From Bacteroidota bacterium (lineage in GTDB: Bacteria > Bacteroidota > Bacteroidia > Palsa-948), in assembly GCA_003164895.1 (NCBI GenBank), contig PLUL01000071.1:6679-70678 (forward strand): a DNA stretch of 64,000 nucleotides, read 5' to 3'. Both the position numbers and the translations under genes were made by a program. Position 1 is the first letter of the stretch, and every line of letters begins with the position of its first letter. Of this stretch, positions 18,986 through 28,235 are shown one piece after another. A model generated the notes under the pieces. It searched no databases. It worked only from the letters and a program-made list of their open reading frames with translations, and was not told the DNA's origin.

Positions 18986-19894
18986 TTGATGGTTTTTGTT
19001 GAATGGATGATGGAAAACTATAAATTGAAAATTGGCAACTTAAAATTTTTCTACTGCTGCCTGCTTCTTACTTCCTACTTTTTACTCTTCTCTTCTTGCA
19101 AATCGAAAAAACATCTTCCTGCTCAAACTTCGCGTTGTAAACTTGAACACAAAAGTGCCAGAATTCTTACTGCGCTTCTGAAGAAAAATCAGGCAGATTA
19201 TAAAACATTCAACGGAAAAATTAAAGCGAATATTTCGATAGATGAAAAGGAAACAGAGTTTTCTATTTCACTTCGCATGAAAAAAGACAGCGTTATCTGG
19301 GCATCGGTTTCTTCCTATGGAATTGAAGGCATTCGTTTTGTTGCAACGAAAGACACGCTTAAATTTATTGACCGCCTGAACAGCAGGTATTTTATTGGTG
19401 GTTACGATACGCTTACAAAAATGCTGAATACGGAAATTGATTTGGAAATTCTGCAATCTCTTTTGGTTGGAAACAGCGTTGAGTTTTATGAAGAAGATGA
19501 AAAATTACGCGGAGGAATTGATTCCTGCAAATATATTCTTGGAACCATTCGCAAAAGAAAATTAAGAAAAGTAATTCGGGGAAAAGAATTGCGAGAACCG
19601 GCGCAAAATATTTGGATGCTCGACAGCACGTTCAAAATATCGCGAATACTTTTTCGGGAATTTGATTCACGAAGAGAATTTGACGCACACTTTTCTGATT
19701 TTCAACCTGCGGAACTTCCCGAAGGAGAATCTAAACAAATTGTTGTGCCGAATAATCTCACATTTTACATTAAAACAGATAATATTATTCGTGTGGATTT
19801 TAAATATACCAAAGCGAGCGCCGATAAACCTCAAACATTTCCGTTTTCGATTCCGGAATCGTACCAGCGAATTGAATTAAGAAAAGGAAAATAA
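18986..19894 (+). CDS. DUF4292-like lipoprotein (LolA-fold-like) of the conserved Bacteroidetes TPR / DUF4292 / M23 trio
   Basis: Lipoprotein signal ...LLFSSCKSKK. About 300 aa. Sits between a TPR protein and an M23 peptidase. The family name is recalled from memory of this gene order, not from a search. Confidence 0.65.
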   Translation: MMVFVEWMMENYKLKIGNLKFFYCCLLLTSYFLLFSSCKSKKHLPAQTSRCKLEHKSARILTALLKKNQADYKTFNGKIKANISIDEKETEFSISLRMKKDSVIWASVSSYGIEGIRFVATKDTLKFIDRLNSRYFIGGYDTLTKMLNTEIDLEILQSLLVGNSVEFYEEDEKLRGGIDSCKYILGTIRKRKLRKVIRGKELREPAQNIWMLDSTFKISRILFREFDSRREFDAHFSDFQPAELPEGESKQIVVPNNLTFYIKTDNIIRVDFKYTKASADKPQTFPFSIPESYQRIELRKGK

Positions 19895-19897
19895 AAA

Positions 19898-21142
19898 ATG
19901 AAAAGCCGAATGACCTATTACAGATTTATTCTTCGCTGGATTTTTTGTTTGGTTATTAGTATTTTCTTTTTTCAGCTTTCATTTTCTCAGACACAAAAAA
20001 AGAAAGACCTCGAAAATAAAAAGCAGGAACTCCAAAAGGAAATAGAATACAAGAATAAACTTTTGGCGGAAGTGAAGAAGAATAAAAATCGTTCGATGAT
20101 TGAACTGGCAATTCTGAATAATAAAATTGCCCGTCAGCAGGAACTCATCGCTACCATCGGCAGAGAATTGGAAATGATTGAAGGAGATATTTCCGAAACA
20201 CAACATAATATCCGGCTAAAAGAAACCGAACTGAAAATTCTGAAAGACGATTACGCACGGATTATTTTTGCTTCTTATAAAAATCGTGATTCCTATTCGC
20301 GGCTAATGTTTTTATTTGCCTCCAGCGATTTCGGGCAAGCATATCAGCGAATAAAATATCTTCAATATTATTCCGAAGCGAGAAAAAAGCAAGCCAGTTT
20401 GATTGAAGATAATCAGCGCCAGCTCCAGACAAAAAAACAAGAGCTCGAAACAAAAAAAGAACAGCAAAGCAAATCGCTTGGAGAAAAAGAAAAAGAAACA
20501 GGAAAATTATCTGTTCAGAAAAAAGATAAGGAAGTGGTGCTGACCGATTTGCAATCAAAAGAAAAAGACATTCGTGCCGATATAAAAAAGAAAAAAGAAC
20601 AGGCAGAAAAACTTCGCAAAGCAATTGAAAAAGTAATTGATGACCAGATAAAAAAATCAAATCCTTCTTCCAAAGGAGACACGAAGGAATTGAAAAAAAT
20701 TATTTTGACGCCCGAAGAGAAAGAATTGTCGGATAATTTTGAGAGCAACAAAGGAAAACTTCCGTGGCCACTTTCGGAAGGTGTCATCACGGAATCTTTT
20801 GGCACACATGACCATCCTGATTTGCCGGGAATAAAAGTAAGTAACAACGGTATTAACATCGGTACCAACAAAGGCGCGAATGTGAGAGCCGTGTTTAACG
20901 GAACAGTAGTGGCAGTTGCATCTGTCGGTGGTTTGGAAGGAAAAGTTATCATCATCAAGCACGGAGAATACCTGAGTGTGTATTCAAATATCGAAGAAGC
21001 TTTTGTGAAATCGGGTGAAAAAATAAAAACAAAACAATCTGTCGGAAAAGTGCTGACTGACGATAAATCAGCAACCGAACTTCATTTTGAAATATGGAAA
21101 GGACAAGCCATGCTGAATCCTGAAAGCTGGATTGTGAAGTAG
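19898..21142 (+). CDS. M23-family peptidoglycan metalloendopeptidase / murein hydrolase activator (EnvC-like, N-terminal coiled coil)
   Basis: N-terminal ~250 aa are Lys/Glu/Gln-rich coiled coil. C-terminal LytM/M23 domain: NGINIGTNKGANVRAVFNGTVVAVASVGGLEGKVIIIKHGEYLSVYSNI...ELHFEIW. Confidence 0.85.
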   Translation: MKSRMTYYRFILRWIFCLVISIFFFQLSFSQTQKKKDLENKKQELQKEIEYKNKLLAEVKKNKNRSMIELAILNNKIARQQELIATIGRELEMIEGDISETQHNIRLKETELKILKDDYARIIFASYKNRDSYSRLMFLFASSDFGQAYQRIKYLQYYSEARKKQASLIEDNQRQLQTKKQELETKKEQQSKSLGEKEKETGKLSVQKKDKEVVLTDLQSKEKDIRADIKKKKEQAEKLRKAIEKVIDDQIKKSNPSSKGDTKELKKIILTPEEKELSDNFESNKGKLPWPLSEGVITESFGTHDHPDLPGIKVSNNGINIGTNKGANVRAVFNGTVVAVASVGGLEGKVIIIKHGEYLSVYSNIEEAFVKSGEKIKTKQSVGKVLTDDKSATELHFEIWKGQAMLNPESWIVK

Positions 21143-21148
21143 AGTGAT

Positions 21149-22072
21149 TTAACCCAATTCAATTTCAAACTGAACCAAATCAACAAATTCCTGAACGCGC
21201 TCGTCCACTTCCTTTTTAGTTAACCCGATCAATTTTTCAGTTCCGAATTTTTCTACACAAAAACTTGCCATTGCCGATCCGAAAATTATTGCGCGTTTCA
21301 TGTTATCAAAAGAAATATCTTTTGTTTTGGCGAGATAACCGATAAATCCGCCTGCAAAAGAATCTCCGGCGCCAGTAGGATCAAACACATCTTCGAGCGG
21401 AAGGGCAGGAGCAAAAAATACTTGTTCTTTGTTAAAGAGCAATGCACCATGTTCCCCTTTTTTTATGATAAGAATTTTTGGTCCCATTGCTAAAATTTTC
21501 TGCGCTCCTTTCACGAGAGAATATTCCTTTGAAAGAATCCTTGCTTCTTCGTCATTGATAGTTAGGACATCCACCATCTTCAAAGTTTTTATTAATTCAT
21601 CCAATGCTACGTTCATCCAGAAATTCATAGTGTCGAGCACAATAAGTTTTGGACGATTTGGAAGTTGAGCAATAACTTTTTGTTGAACAGCAGGCGTGAG
21701 GTTTCCAAGCATAAGGAACTCGCAGTTTTTATAGGAATCTGGAACGATGGGATTAAAATCTGCGAGCACATTTAATTCTGTCGCGAGTGTGTCGCGTGTA
21801 TTCATATCGGTATGATATTTTCCAGACCAAAAAAAACTTTTTTCTCCTTTTTTGATCTGTAATCCATCGGTATTCACGTGATGGCGATGCATCATCTCGA
21901 TAGATTCTTTTGGAAAATCATCACCTACCACTGACACTAAATTAATTTTATTGGTAAAATAAGATGCGGCAAGCGAAATATAAGTAGCTGCGCCTCCAAT
22001 AATTTTATCGGTTTTTCCAAATGGAGTTTCGATGGCATCAAATGCAACGGTTCCTACAACAAGTAAACTCAT
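21149..22072 (-). CDS. PfkB-family carbohydrate kinase
   Basis: 307 aa. Gly-rich N-terminal sugar-binding region (VVGTVAFDAIETPFG...IGGAATY) and a C-terminal DPTGAGDSFAGGFIGYL anion-hole / ATP motif characteristic of ribokinase/PfkB kinases. Confidence 0.85.
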   Translation of the reverse strand: MSLLVVGTVAFDAIETPFGKTDKIIGGAATYISLAASYFTNKINLVSVVGDDFPKESIEMMHRHHVNTDGLQIKKGEKSFFWSGKYHTDMNTRDTLATELNVLADFNPIVPDSYKNCEFLMLGNLTPAVQQKVIAQLPNRPKLIVLDTMNFWMNVALDELIKTLKMVDVLTINDEEARILSKEYSLVKGAQKILAMGPKILIIKKGEHGALLFNKEQVFFAPALPLEDVFDPTGAGDSFAGGFIGYLAKTKDISFDNMKRAIIFGSAMASFCVEKFGTEKLIGLTKKEVDERVQEFVDLVQFEIELG

Positions 22073-22234
22073 AGTTTTATTTTATATCCTTCAAATAGCT
22101 GAGGATATTCAAAATTATTAAAAAATCAATCTCTGCGTATTGTATTAATTCCTGACTTGAAAATATTTTGGAAGGCAGATAAAAATTACATTTGTGGTGA
22201 AAATAATTTTTTGGGTACACTTTATAAAATCACA

Positions 22235-23524
22235 ATGAAATATATTTTTAATAGCATCTTCTTTTATTTGTCGTTTATATTTCTGATTTCCCGTGTTGAC
22301 TCATGCTCAAATTCAAAACCTCGTTCTTCAAGTAATTCAAATCTTTCGCATATTTATAAAACGGAGCAAAATATTCTTCATCCTAAATTCGCAATTTTTC
22401 ATCGCACAAATACAACCTCTGAATTACATTTCAAAGTAAACTCTAAAGAACTTTTATACAGCAAACAGGCAGGTAGTGAAAATTTTACGGCGCACATAAG
22501 CATTCACTATAAATTAATTTCTTCCTACGAAACAAAAGATATTATTGACAGCTCCACTGTTGATCTCACCGATCCGTATTCAAAAACTCCAAAAGATTTG
22601 ATAGGGAAAATTGATTTCAGCGCAAACTTTACCAACAGCTATGTTCTTGAAATAGATTTTTCTGATCTGAACCGAAATGTTACCGATAAAGCGTTTATCA
22701 CCGTTGACAAAATGGATCATAACACACGGCAGAATTTTTTGGTTCTTTCCGCAGAAAACAAATCTCCCATTTTCAAAAATACTATTGGCAAGAATGAAAA
22801 AATTATTATTCGCTACAGGAAATCCGATACAAAAGTTTTTGTCCGTTACTATCATCGCGATTTCCCATTGCCATCTTTGCCGTTTTCTTACAGCAACATG
22901 ATTCCGTTTGATTATCGGGCGGATAGTTTATTCACACTTCAGTTAGATGAAAAAGATACCGCAGGAATTGTTTTTAAAAAGCAAGGGTTTTATCATATTC
23001 AGGCGGATACAAATACAAAAGACGGACTAACACTTTTCAGATTTTACGACGAATTTCCGAATGTGAAAACTCCGGAGCAACTTCTAAAACCCTTGCGTTA
23101 TCTCACTACGAAACAGGAATACGATGCAATGAGTTCCAATAAAAATTTAAAAGCCGCAGTAGATAGTTTTTGGTTGAGCATTGGAGGAAGTACAGATCGA
23201 GGACGCGAGCTGGTAAAAAAATTCTATAACCGAGTTCAGAATTCAAATACATATTTTTCTTCTTATCTGGAAGGATGGAAAACAGATCGCGGATTGATAT
23301 ATTTAATTTACGGTCCGCCAAATGTTGTCTATAAAAATACAGATTCTGAAAATTGGGTTTACGGTGTGGAAAATAATCCCAACTCGCTTACTTTTCCTTT
23401 CATTAAAGTAATAAATCCATTTACAGATAAAGATTATCGCCTCGACCGCTCGCAACTCTTCAAGACAAGCTGGTATAATTCTGTTGAGGCGTGGAGACAA
23501 GGGAAAATATATTCGGAAAAATAA
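22235..23524 (+). CDS. GWxTD domain-containing lipoprotein
   Basis: C-terminal region has EGWKTDRGLIYLIYGPPNVVYKNTDSENWVYG, which matches the GWxTD signature family found in Bacteroidetes. N-terminal signal with Cys (MKYIFNSIFFYLSFIFLISRVDSCS). The ORF-track start at 22157 is probably an extension. Confidence 0.7.
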   Translation: MKYIFNSIFFYLSFIFLISRVDSCSNSKPRSSSNSNLSHIYKTEQNILHPKFAIFHRTNTTSELHFKVNSKELLYSKQAGSENFTAHISIHYKLISSYETKDIIDSSTVDLTDPYSKTPKDLIGKIDFSANFTNSYVLEIDFSDLNRNVTDKAFITVDKMDHNTRQNFLVLSAENKSPIFKNTIGKNEKIIIRYRKSDTKVFVRYYHRDFPLPSLPFSYSNMIPFDYRADSLFTLQLDEKDTAGIVFKKQGFYHIQADTNTKDGLTLFRFYDEFPNVKTPEQLLKPLRYLTTKQEYDAMSSNKNLKAAVDSFWLSIGGSTDRGRELVKKFYNRVQNSNTYFSSYLEGWKTDRGLIYLIYGPPNVVYKNTDSENWVYGVENNPNSLTFPFIKVINPFTDKDYRLDRSQLFKTSWYNSVEAWRQGKIYSEK

Positions 23525-23602
23525 TTTATAGTTTTTAATATGGAAAGCAGCGAACCGGAAAGAAAAAAATCTTCATATTTCAGAGAAGATAAAAATACCG
23601 CT

Positions 23603-24340
23603 ATGAAATTAATTTTCGGAATTCGTCCGATTATTGAAGCGATACGTTCTGGCAAAGAAATTGAAAAAATTCTTTTTCAGCAAGGAACAGGTAGTAAGCT
23701 GATGAGCGAACTGAACGATGAAATAAAAAAATATAAAATTCCATTTCAGTTTGTTCCTGCCGAAAAATTAAATCACCTTATCAAATCGCGCAATCATCAG
23801 GGAGTAATCGCTCAACTTTCGCCCGTAACCTACAGAAATATTGAAGATATTCTTCCGACAGTTTTTGAAAAAGGAGAAATTCCGCTTGTCATTATTCTTG
23901 ATAGAATCACAGATGTGCGAAATATCGGAGCCATCAGCCGGAGCGCAGAATGTGCCGGAGTGCACGCGATGATTGTTCCTTCGCGAGGAAGTGCCCAGAT
24001 AAATAACGATGCGATAAAAGCATCTGCCGGAGCGATTTATCAGATTCCGATTTGTAGAAGTGAAAATTTGAAACAGACAATTGATTTTTTGAAAAGCAGC
24101 GGACTGAGAATTATTTCTTGTACAGAAAAATCTGAGAATACAATTTATGAAATGGATTTTTCTATTCCATCAGTTTTAATTTTTGGTTCTGAAGAAGATG
24201 GAATTTCGGAAGAGTATTTGAAAATTTCGGATGAGAAAGCGAAAATTCCACTTTACGGACAAATTGAATCCTTGAATGTGTCTGTCTCTGCCGGAATTAC
24301 GCTTTATGAAGTGGTGAGACAGAGAAATTTTTCTAAATGA
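23603..24340 (+). CDS. rlmB: SpoU/TrmH-family RNA 2'-O-methyltransferase (23S rRNA Gm2251 methyltransferase RlmB-like)
   Basis: N-terminal substrate-binding domain IFGIRPIIEAIRSGKEIEKILFQQG, then a SPOUT domain with NIGAISRSAECAGV and IPLYGQIESLNVSVSAGITLYE motifs. The track start at 23540 adds a Lys/Glu-rich leader, so the Met at 23603 is more likely. Confidence 0.8.
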   Translation: MKLIFGIRPIIEAIRSGKEIEKILFQQGTGSKLMSELNDEIKKYKIPFQFVPAEKLNHLIKSRNHQGVIAQLSPVTYRNIEDILPTVFEKGEIPLVIILDRITDVRNIGAISRSAECAGVHAMIVPSRGSAQINNDAIKASAGAIYQIPICRSENLKQTIDFLKSSGLRIISCTEKSENTIYEMDFSIPSVLIFGSEEDGISEEYLKISDEKAKIPLYGQIESLNVSVSAGITLYEVVRQRNFSK

Positions 24341-25779
24341 AAAAATTATTTTCCGAAAACATAATTGTCCAACTCATTTTTCTTTCTCTTGTAGTTTTTT
24401 TATCGCGACTTCCATTTTTATTTGCAGGTTATGGCTCAGAAGAAGATGCGTGGCTTCTTCCGCTCACTGCAAAACACATTGCGCTCACCGGACAGTATGA
24501 ATTATCCCGCGCACCCGGACATCCGCTTCAGGAAATAATTTATTCGTTGATGTGGAATGCCGGGCCATTCGCCTATAATTTACTCACCGCGATTGCAAGT
24601 GTAATTGCAGTTTTATTTTTTGCATTATCGCTCAGGCAACTTGACTTCAAATATTATTTATTTGCGTCGTTTGCTTTAGCATTCACGCCAATTATTTTTA
24701 TTTCTTCCACGTATGCGATTGATTACATGTTTGCAATGGCATTTGTAATGGGAAGTTTTTACTTCTTGTTGACTTGGATTAAAAATTCTTCTTCCGAATC
24801 TTCCGCTTGGAGACAATTGATTCTTTCAGGAATAGTGCTTGGTCTTGCCATCGGTTTCAGAATTACTTCGGGAGCAATACTGATTCCATTTTGCATTTTA
24901 CTTCTTCCGATTTCGAAAAATGGATTTAAAGGAATTCTTATTTTCAGTTTTACAACGGTGGCAATCGGATTGCTTACATATATTCCTGTAATTAAAACTT
25001 ACGGATTTTCTTTTTTTACTTTCTCCGACCAATTTCCATATCCAAATCTTCCGAAGGTGTTTTACAAACTCACAATTGGTGTTTTTGGAACAGTCGGATT
25101 CTTAGCTATGATATTTTATAAGATAAAGATTCTTTATAAAAAAATTTCTTTGAAAGAGAACATGTTTTCTTCTGAAATGTCTGGAAAATTATTTTTCTCC
25201 TGCTTGGCGGTTATTTTGATATACATTATTTCATATCTGCGTTTGCCGCAGAAGTCGGCTTACTTCATTCCTGCAATTCCGTTTCTCATCATTTTATATG
25301 GATATTTTCTTTCGAGCCGAGCGTTCAAAATATTTTGTGTTTTGATTACGATGTCTTCATTTTTCTTTAGCATTAATCTTACCGATTCACTTCGAGGTTC
25401 GGCACATTCATCCCTTGCGATGAAATTTAAAATTTCAGGACAAGAAATATTTATTGACCCGCTCACCGGACCTGTTTTTTCTGATTATACAAAACGATTA
25501 AATAAAATTGCATTTACAGAAGATGTTTTTCAAAAAACAAAAATCGAACAAAAGAAAATAGTTTTAATTTGCGGTTGGTGGTATAATGAATTGAAAGTGA
25601 GAAATTGGAATTGTGTTCAAAACCAAAATGTGCTGCTTGTGTTTTACATAGATAAAACAGAAATCGAAAAATATATTTCAAAAGGTTACGAAATATTTTA
25701 TCTGCCGGAACAAAATATTTATAACGACCAATATTCAAAGATAAGCTATACAGATTCAATTGCTAAACTTTACATGTAA
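24337..25779 (+). CDS. polytopic membrane protein, GT39/ArnT/PMT-like glycosyltransferase family (putative)
   Basis: 480 aa with about 11-12 TM segments. An early periplasmic loop holds an acidic motif (GYGSEEDAWLL) analogous to the DE/DD loop-1 motif of PMT/ArnT-type GT-C enzymes. 4-bp ATGA overlap with the upstream gene. Confidence 0.55.
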   Translation: MKKLFSENIIVQLIFLSLVVFLSRLPFLFAGYGSEEDAWLLPLTAKHIALTGQYELSRAPGHPLQEIIYSLMWNAGPFAYNLLTAIASVIAVLFFALSLRQLDFKYYLFASFALAFTPIIFISSTYAIDYMFAMAFVMGSFYFLLTWIKNSSSESSAWRQLILSGIVLGLAIGFRITSGAILIPFCILLLPISKNGFKGILIFSFTTVAIGLLTYIPVIKTYGFSFFTFSDQFPYPNLPKVFYKLTIGVFGTVGFLAMIFYKIKILYKKISLKENMFSSEMSGKLFFSCLAVILIYIISYLRLPQKSAYFIPAIPFLIILYGYFLSSRAFKIFCVLITMSSFFFSINLTDSLRGSAHSSLAMKFKISGQEIFIDPLTGPVFSDYTKRLNKIAFTEDVFQKTKIEQKKIVLICGWWYNELKVRNWNCVQNQNVLLVFYIDKTEIEKYISKGYEIFYLPEQNIYNDQYSKISYTDSIAKLYM

Positions 25780-25806
25780 ATCAAAATCATTGTTTAAGTT
25801 TGCCGC

Positions 25807-26277
25807 ATGAAAACACATCACACCTCATTTACGTTGTTTCTTTTAATTTTCCTTTCTCTTGCCTCTTGCAAAAAGGAAAAAAATCTTCATGAGTTTAAGT
25901 TTCTTCTTGGAAAATGGGAAGGTAAAAGAGATGAAATGATATTACATGAGTTATGGAATAAGGAAAACGATTCTTTGTTTTTAGGAAAAGGAATTGTTTT
26001 TTCCGGCAAGGATACTTTGTTTAATGAAAAGCTGAAATTGGAAATTCGCAATAATGAAATTTTTTATACAGCCATCGTTCCTAATCATACTAAGCCCATT
26101 TCCTTCAAGCTGAATTCATCTCAAAATGCCCAATGGACTTTTGAAAACAAAGAGCAGGATTTTCCACAAACAATAATTTATCGCTTTGTTCAGCCCGACT
26201 CCCTTTATTCAATCATAGAAGGCAATGATAAAGGAAAACCTTCCAAAGAAGAATTTCATTTCAAGAAAATTAATTAA
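25807..26277 (+). CDS. small lipoprotein of unknown function
   Basis: MKTHHTSFTLFLLIFLSLASCKKEK is a lipoprotein signal. 156 aa. Sandwiched between two GT39-like membrane proteins. Its stop overlaps the next start. Confidence 0.6.
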   Translation: MKTHHTSFTLFLLIFLSLASCKKEKNLHEFKFLLGKWEGKRDEMILHELWNKENDSLFLGKGIVFSGKDTLFNEKLKLEIRNNEIFYTAIVPNHTKPISFKLNSSQNAQWTFENKEQDFPQTIIYRFVQPDSLYSIIEGNDKGKPSKEEFHFKKIN

Positions 26278-28223
26278 TGCGGGATATTTTAAAAAAGGAA
26301 AATATTTTTTTCTGGCTAATAATTTCCATTGCATCTGTTCTCCGAATTTACAATTATTACAATTGGTCTTTCTCCCACGATGAATTGAGTGCGTTTGTAC
26401 GGCTTCGTTATAATTCTTTTGCTGAATTATTTGAAAATGGAATCCGCCCGGATGGTCATCCGGCATTTGTGCAGCTATTTCTTTTTATCTGGACAAAACT
26501 TTTTGGTTTATCCGAAGCTGCCGTTCGTTTTCCTTTTGTAGTTGCAGGAATTGGAAGTGTTGCATTGCTGTATTTTATTGCGAAAAAATGGTTTGGGTTT
26601 ACAACCGCTTGTTTTTCATCCCTCACACTTGCCATTCTTGATTTTCCGATTCTATATAGTCAATTGGCGAGACCTTATTCGTTTGGTTTATTTTTTTCTT
26701 TGCTTGCAGTTTGGTGCTGGACAAATCTCCTGTTCGGTTCAGGAAAAAGAATTTATTTGAAAATGATTTTGTATGGAATCGCAACCGCACTCTGCATGCT
26801 CACACATTATTTCGCTTTTTTCTTTGCGGTGATTGTCGCAATTACGGGATTTTTATTTTTGAAAAAAGAAACATTGAAACCTTATTTATTTTCTGGAGTA
26901 ATTGCAGTTTTAATTTTTCTTCCGCATCTTTCTATTTCTATTCATCAACTTAGTTTAGGTGGAGTAGGTGAGTGGCTTGCAAAACCGGAAAAGGATTATT
27001 TGTGGAAATTTATTTTATACAGTTTTAATGATTCGCCTTTTGTTTTAATTGTGGTGATGATTCTTTTTATTTTATCGCTTCTCATTTATCATCTTGATAT
27101 TTCGTTTTCAAAATTTCAATTCATTTGTATTGCGTGGTTTTTACTCCCATTTATTGCAGGATATTATTACTCCTTGAACGTAAACCCTGTTTTGCAATAT
27201 TCCACACTTCTTTTTTCCTTTCCGTTTTTTCTGATATTTTTATTTTCATTCTTTAAAGAAGGAAATATAAAAATCAATAGAATCTTTTTGATTTCTTTAG
27301 GAATTGTTTTGTTGTTCAGTACTGTGGTTGAATCAAAATTTTATAATCGTGAATATTTTGGAGTCTTCAAGGAAATTAATCAAGCGGTAGTTGATATTCA
27401 AAAAAAATATGGAAAAGAAAATGTAACCACAGCATTGAATACTTCAGACAGAAACATCATGAATTTTTATTTCGAACGATGGAGCGATAATGTTCCTTTT
27501 GATTTTTATGCTGGGGATAGTTCCTCGTTTATTTCTGACATGCTAAAAAAAATTGATTCTTGCAAAACTCCATATTTTATTTATGGTTGGTCAAATTTTA
27601 TGAGTCCATACGAAATTCCTGAACTGATAAAAAGAAAATTCCCTTGTATTGTGTATGACGAAAAACATTTTAATTCTCAAATCACATTGTTTGGCAAGAA
27701 TGATACTTGTAAGCGTGATACACTGTTTTATTCTCATATCAGCTTTGAAAAAGATCATCGTAACTTTCGAATTCCAACTCATATGGAATTTGATTCAACC
27801 AAAATAGATTCCACCCATTCGCATTCAGGAAAATATTCTTTGACTAGTGAATCAAAAAATAAATTCTGCATTACACTACGCACTTCTGTTAAAAGAATTT
27901 TTATAGACAATGCGGGTTGTGTGAATGTGAGCGCTTGGATTTATTCAAACGATAAATTTAATGCGCAGCTTGTATTGGAGATTGGCGATCCCAACAGCAA
28001 ACGGGACTGGCATGCAAAACTTCTTCCGAAATTTATAAAGCAAACTGGAAAATGGCAGGAAGTATTTGCCACTTTTGAACTGCCGTCTTCAGCGTATCCT
28101 GATGATGAACTGAAAATTTATTTATGGAATCCGGGCAAAAATTCTTTCTATCTTGATGACTTTACTGTCTCTTCGTTTGCCGACAGCAAGTATGATTATT
28201 ATGCTCCAAGTTTCAGAAAATAG
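26277..28223 (+). CDS. GT39/ArnT/PMT-like membrane glycosyltransferase (dolichyl-phosphate-mannose protein mannosyltransferase-like) with a C-terminal soluble domain
   Basis: 648 aa. N-terminal ~400 aa polytopic, with the loop motif SFSHDELSAFVRL...RPDGHPAFVQLFLFIWTKLFGLSEAAVRFPFVVAGIGSVALLYFIAKKWFG, which is strongly reminiscent of ArnT/PMT GT-C enzymes. C-terminal ~250 aa are hydrophilic. Confidence 0.7.
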   Translation: MRDILKKENIFFWLIISIASVLRIYNYYNWSFSHDELSAFVRLRYNSFAELFENGIRPDGHPAFVQLFLFIWTKLFGLSEAAVRFPFVVAGIGSVALLYFIAKKWFGFTTACFSSLTLAILDFPILYSQLARPYSFGLFFSLLAVWCWTNLLFGSGKRIYLKMILYGIATALCMLTHYFAFFFAVIVAITGFLFLKKETLKPYLFSGVIAVLIFLPHLSISIHQLSLGGVGEWLAKPEKDYLWKFILYSFNDSPFVLIVVMILFILSLLIYHLDISFSKFQFICIAWFLLPFIAGYYYSLNVNPVLQYSTLLFSFPFFLIFLFSFFKEGNIKINRIFLISLGIVLLFSTVVESKFYNREYFGVFKEINQAVVDIQKKYGKENVTTALNTSDRNIMNFYFERWSDNVPFDFYAGDSSSFISDMLKKIDSCKTPYFIYGWSNFMSPYEIPELIKRKFPCIVYDEKHFNSQITLFGKNDTCKRDTLFYSHISFEKDHRNFRIPTHMEFDSTKIDSTHSHSGKYSLTSESKNKFCITLRTSVKRIFIDNAGCVNVSAWIYSNDKFNAQLVLEIGDPNSKRDWHAKLLPKFIKQTGKWQEVFATFELPSSAYPDDELKIYLWNPGKNSFYLDDFTVSSFADSKYDYYAPSFRK

Positions 28224-28235
28224 TTCAGGAAAAAA

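Noticed and set aside
20262-20962. Three overlapping minus-strand ORFs of 101-147 aa
   Set aside because: They are antisense to the Lys/Glu-rich coiled-coil region of the M23 peptidase gene. That low-complexity region opens long antisense frames.
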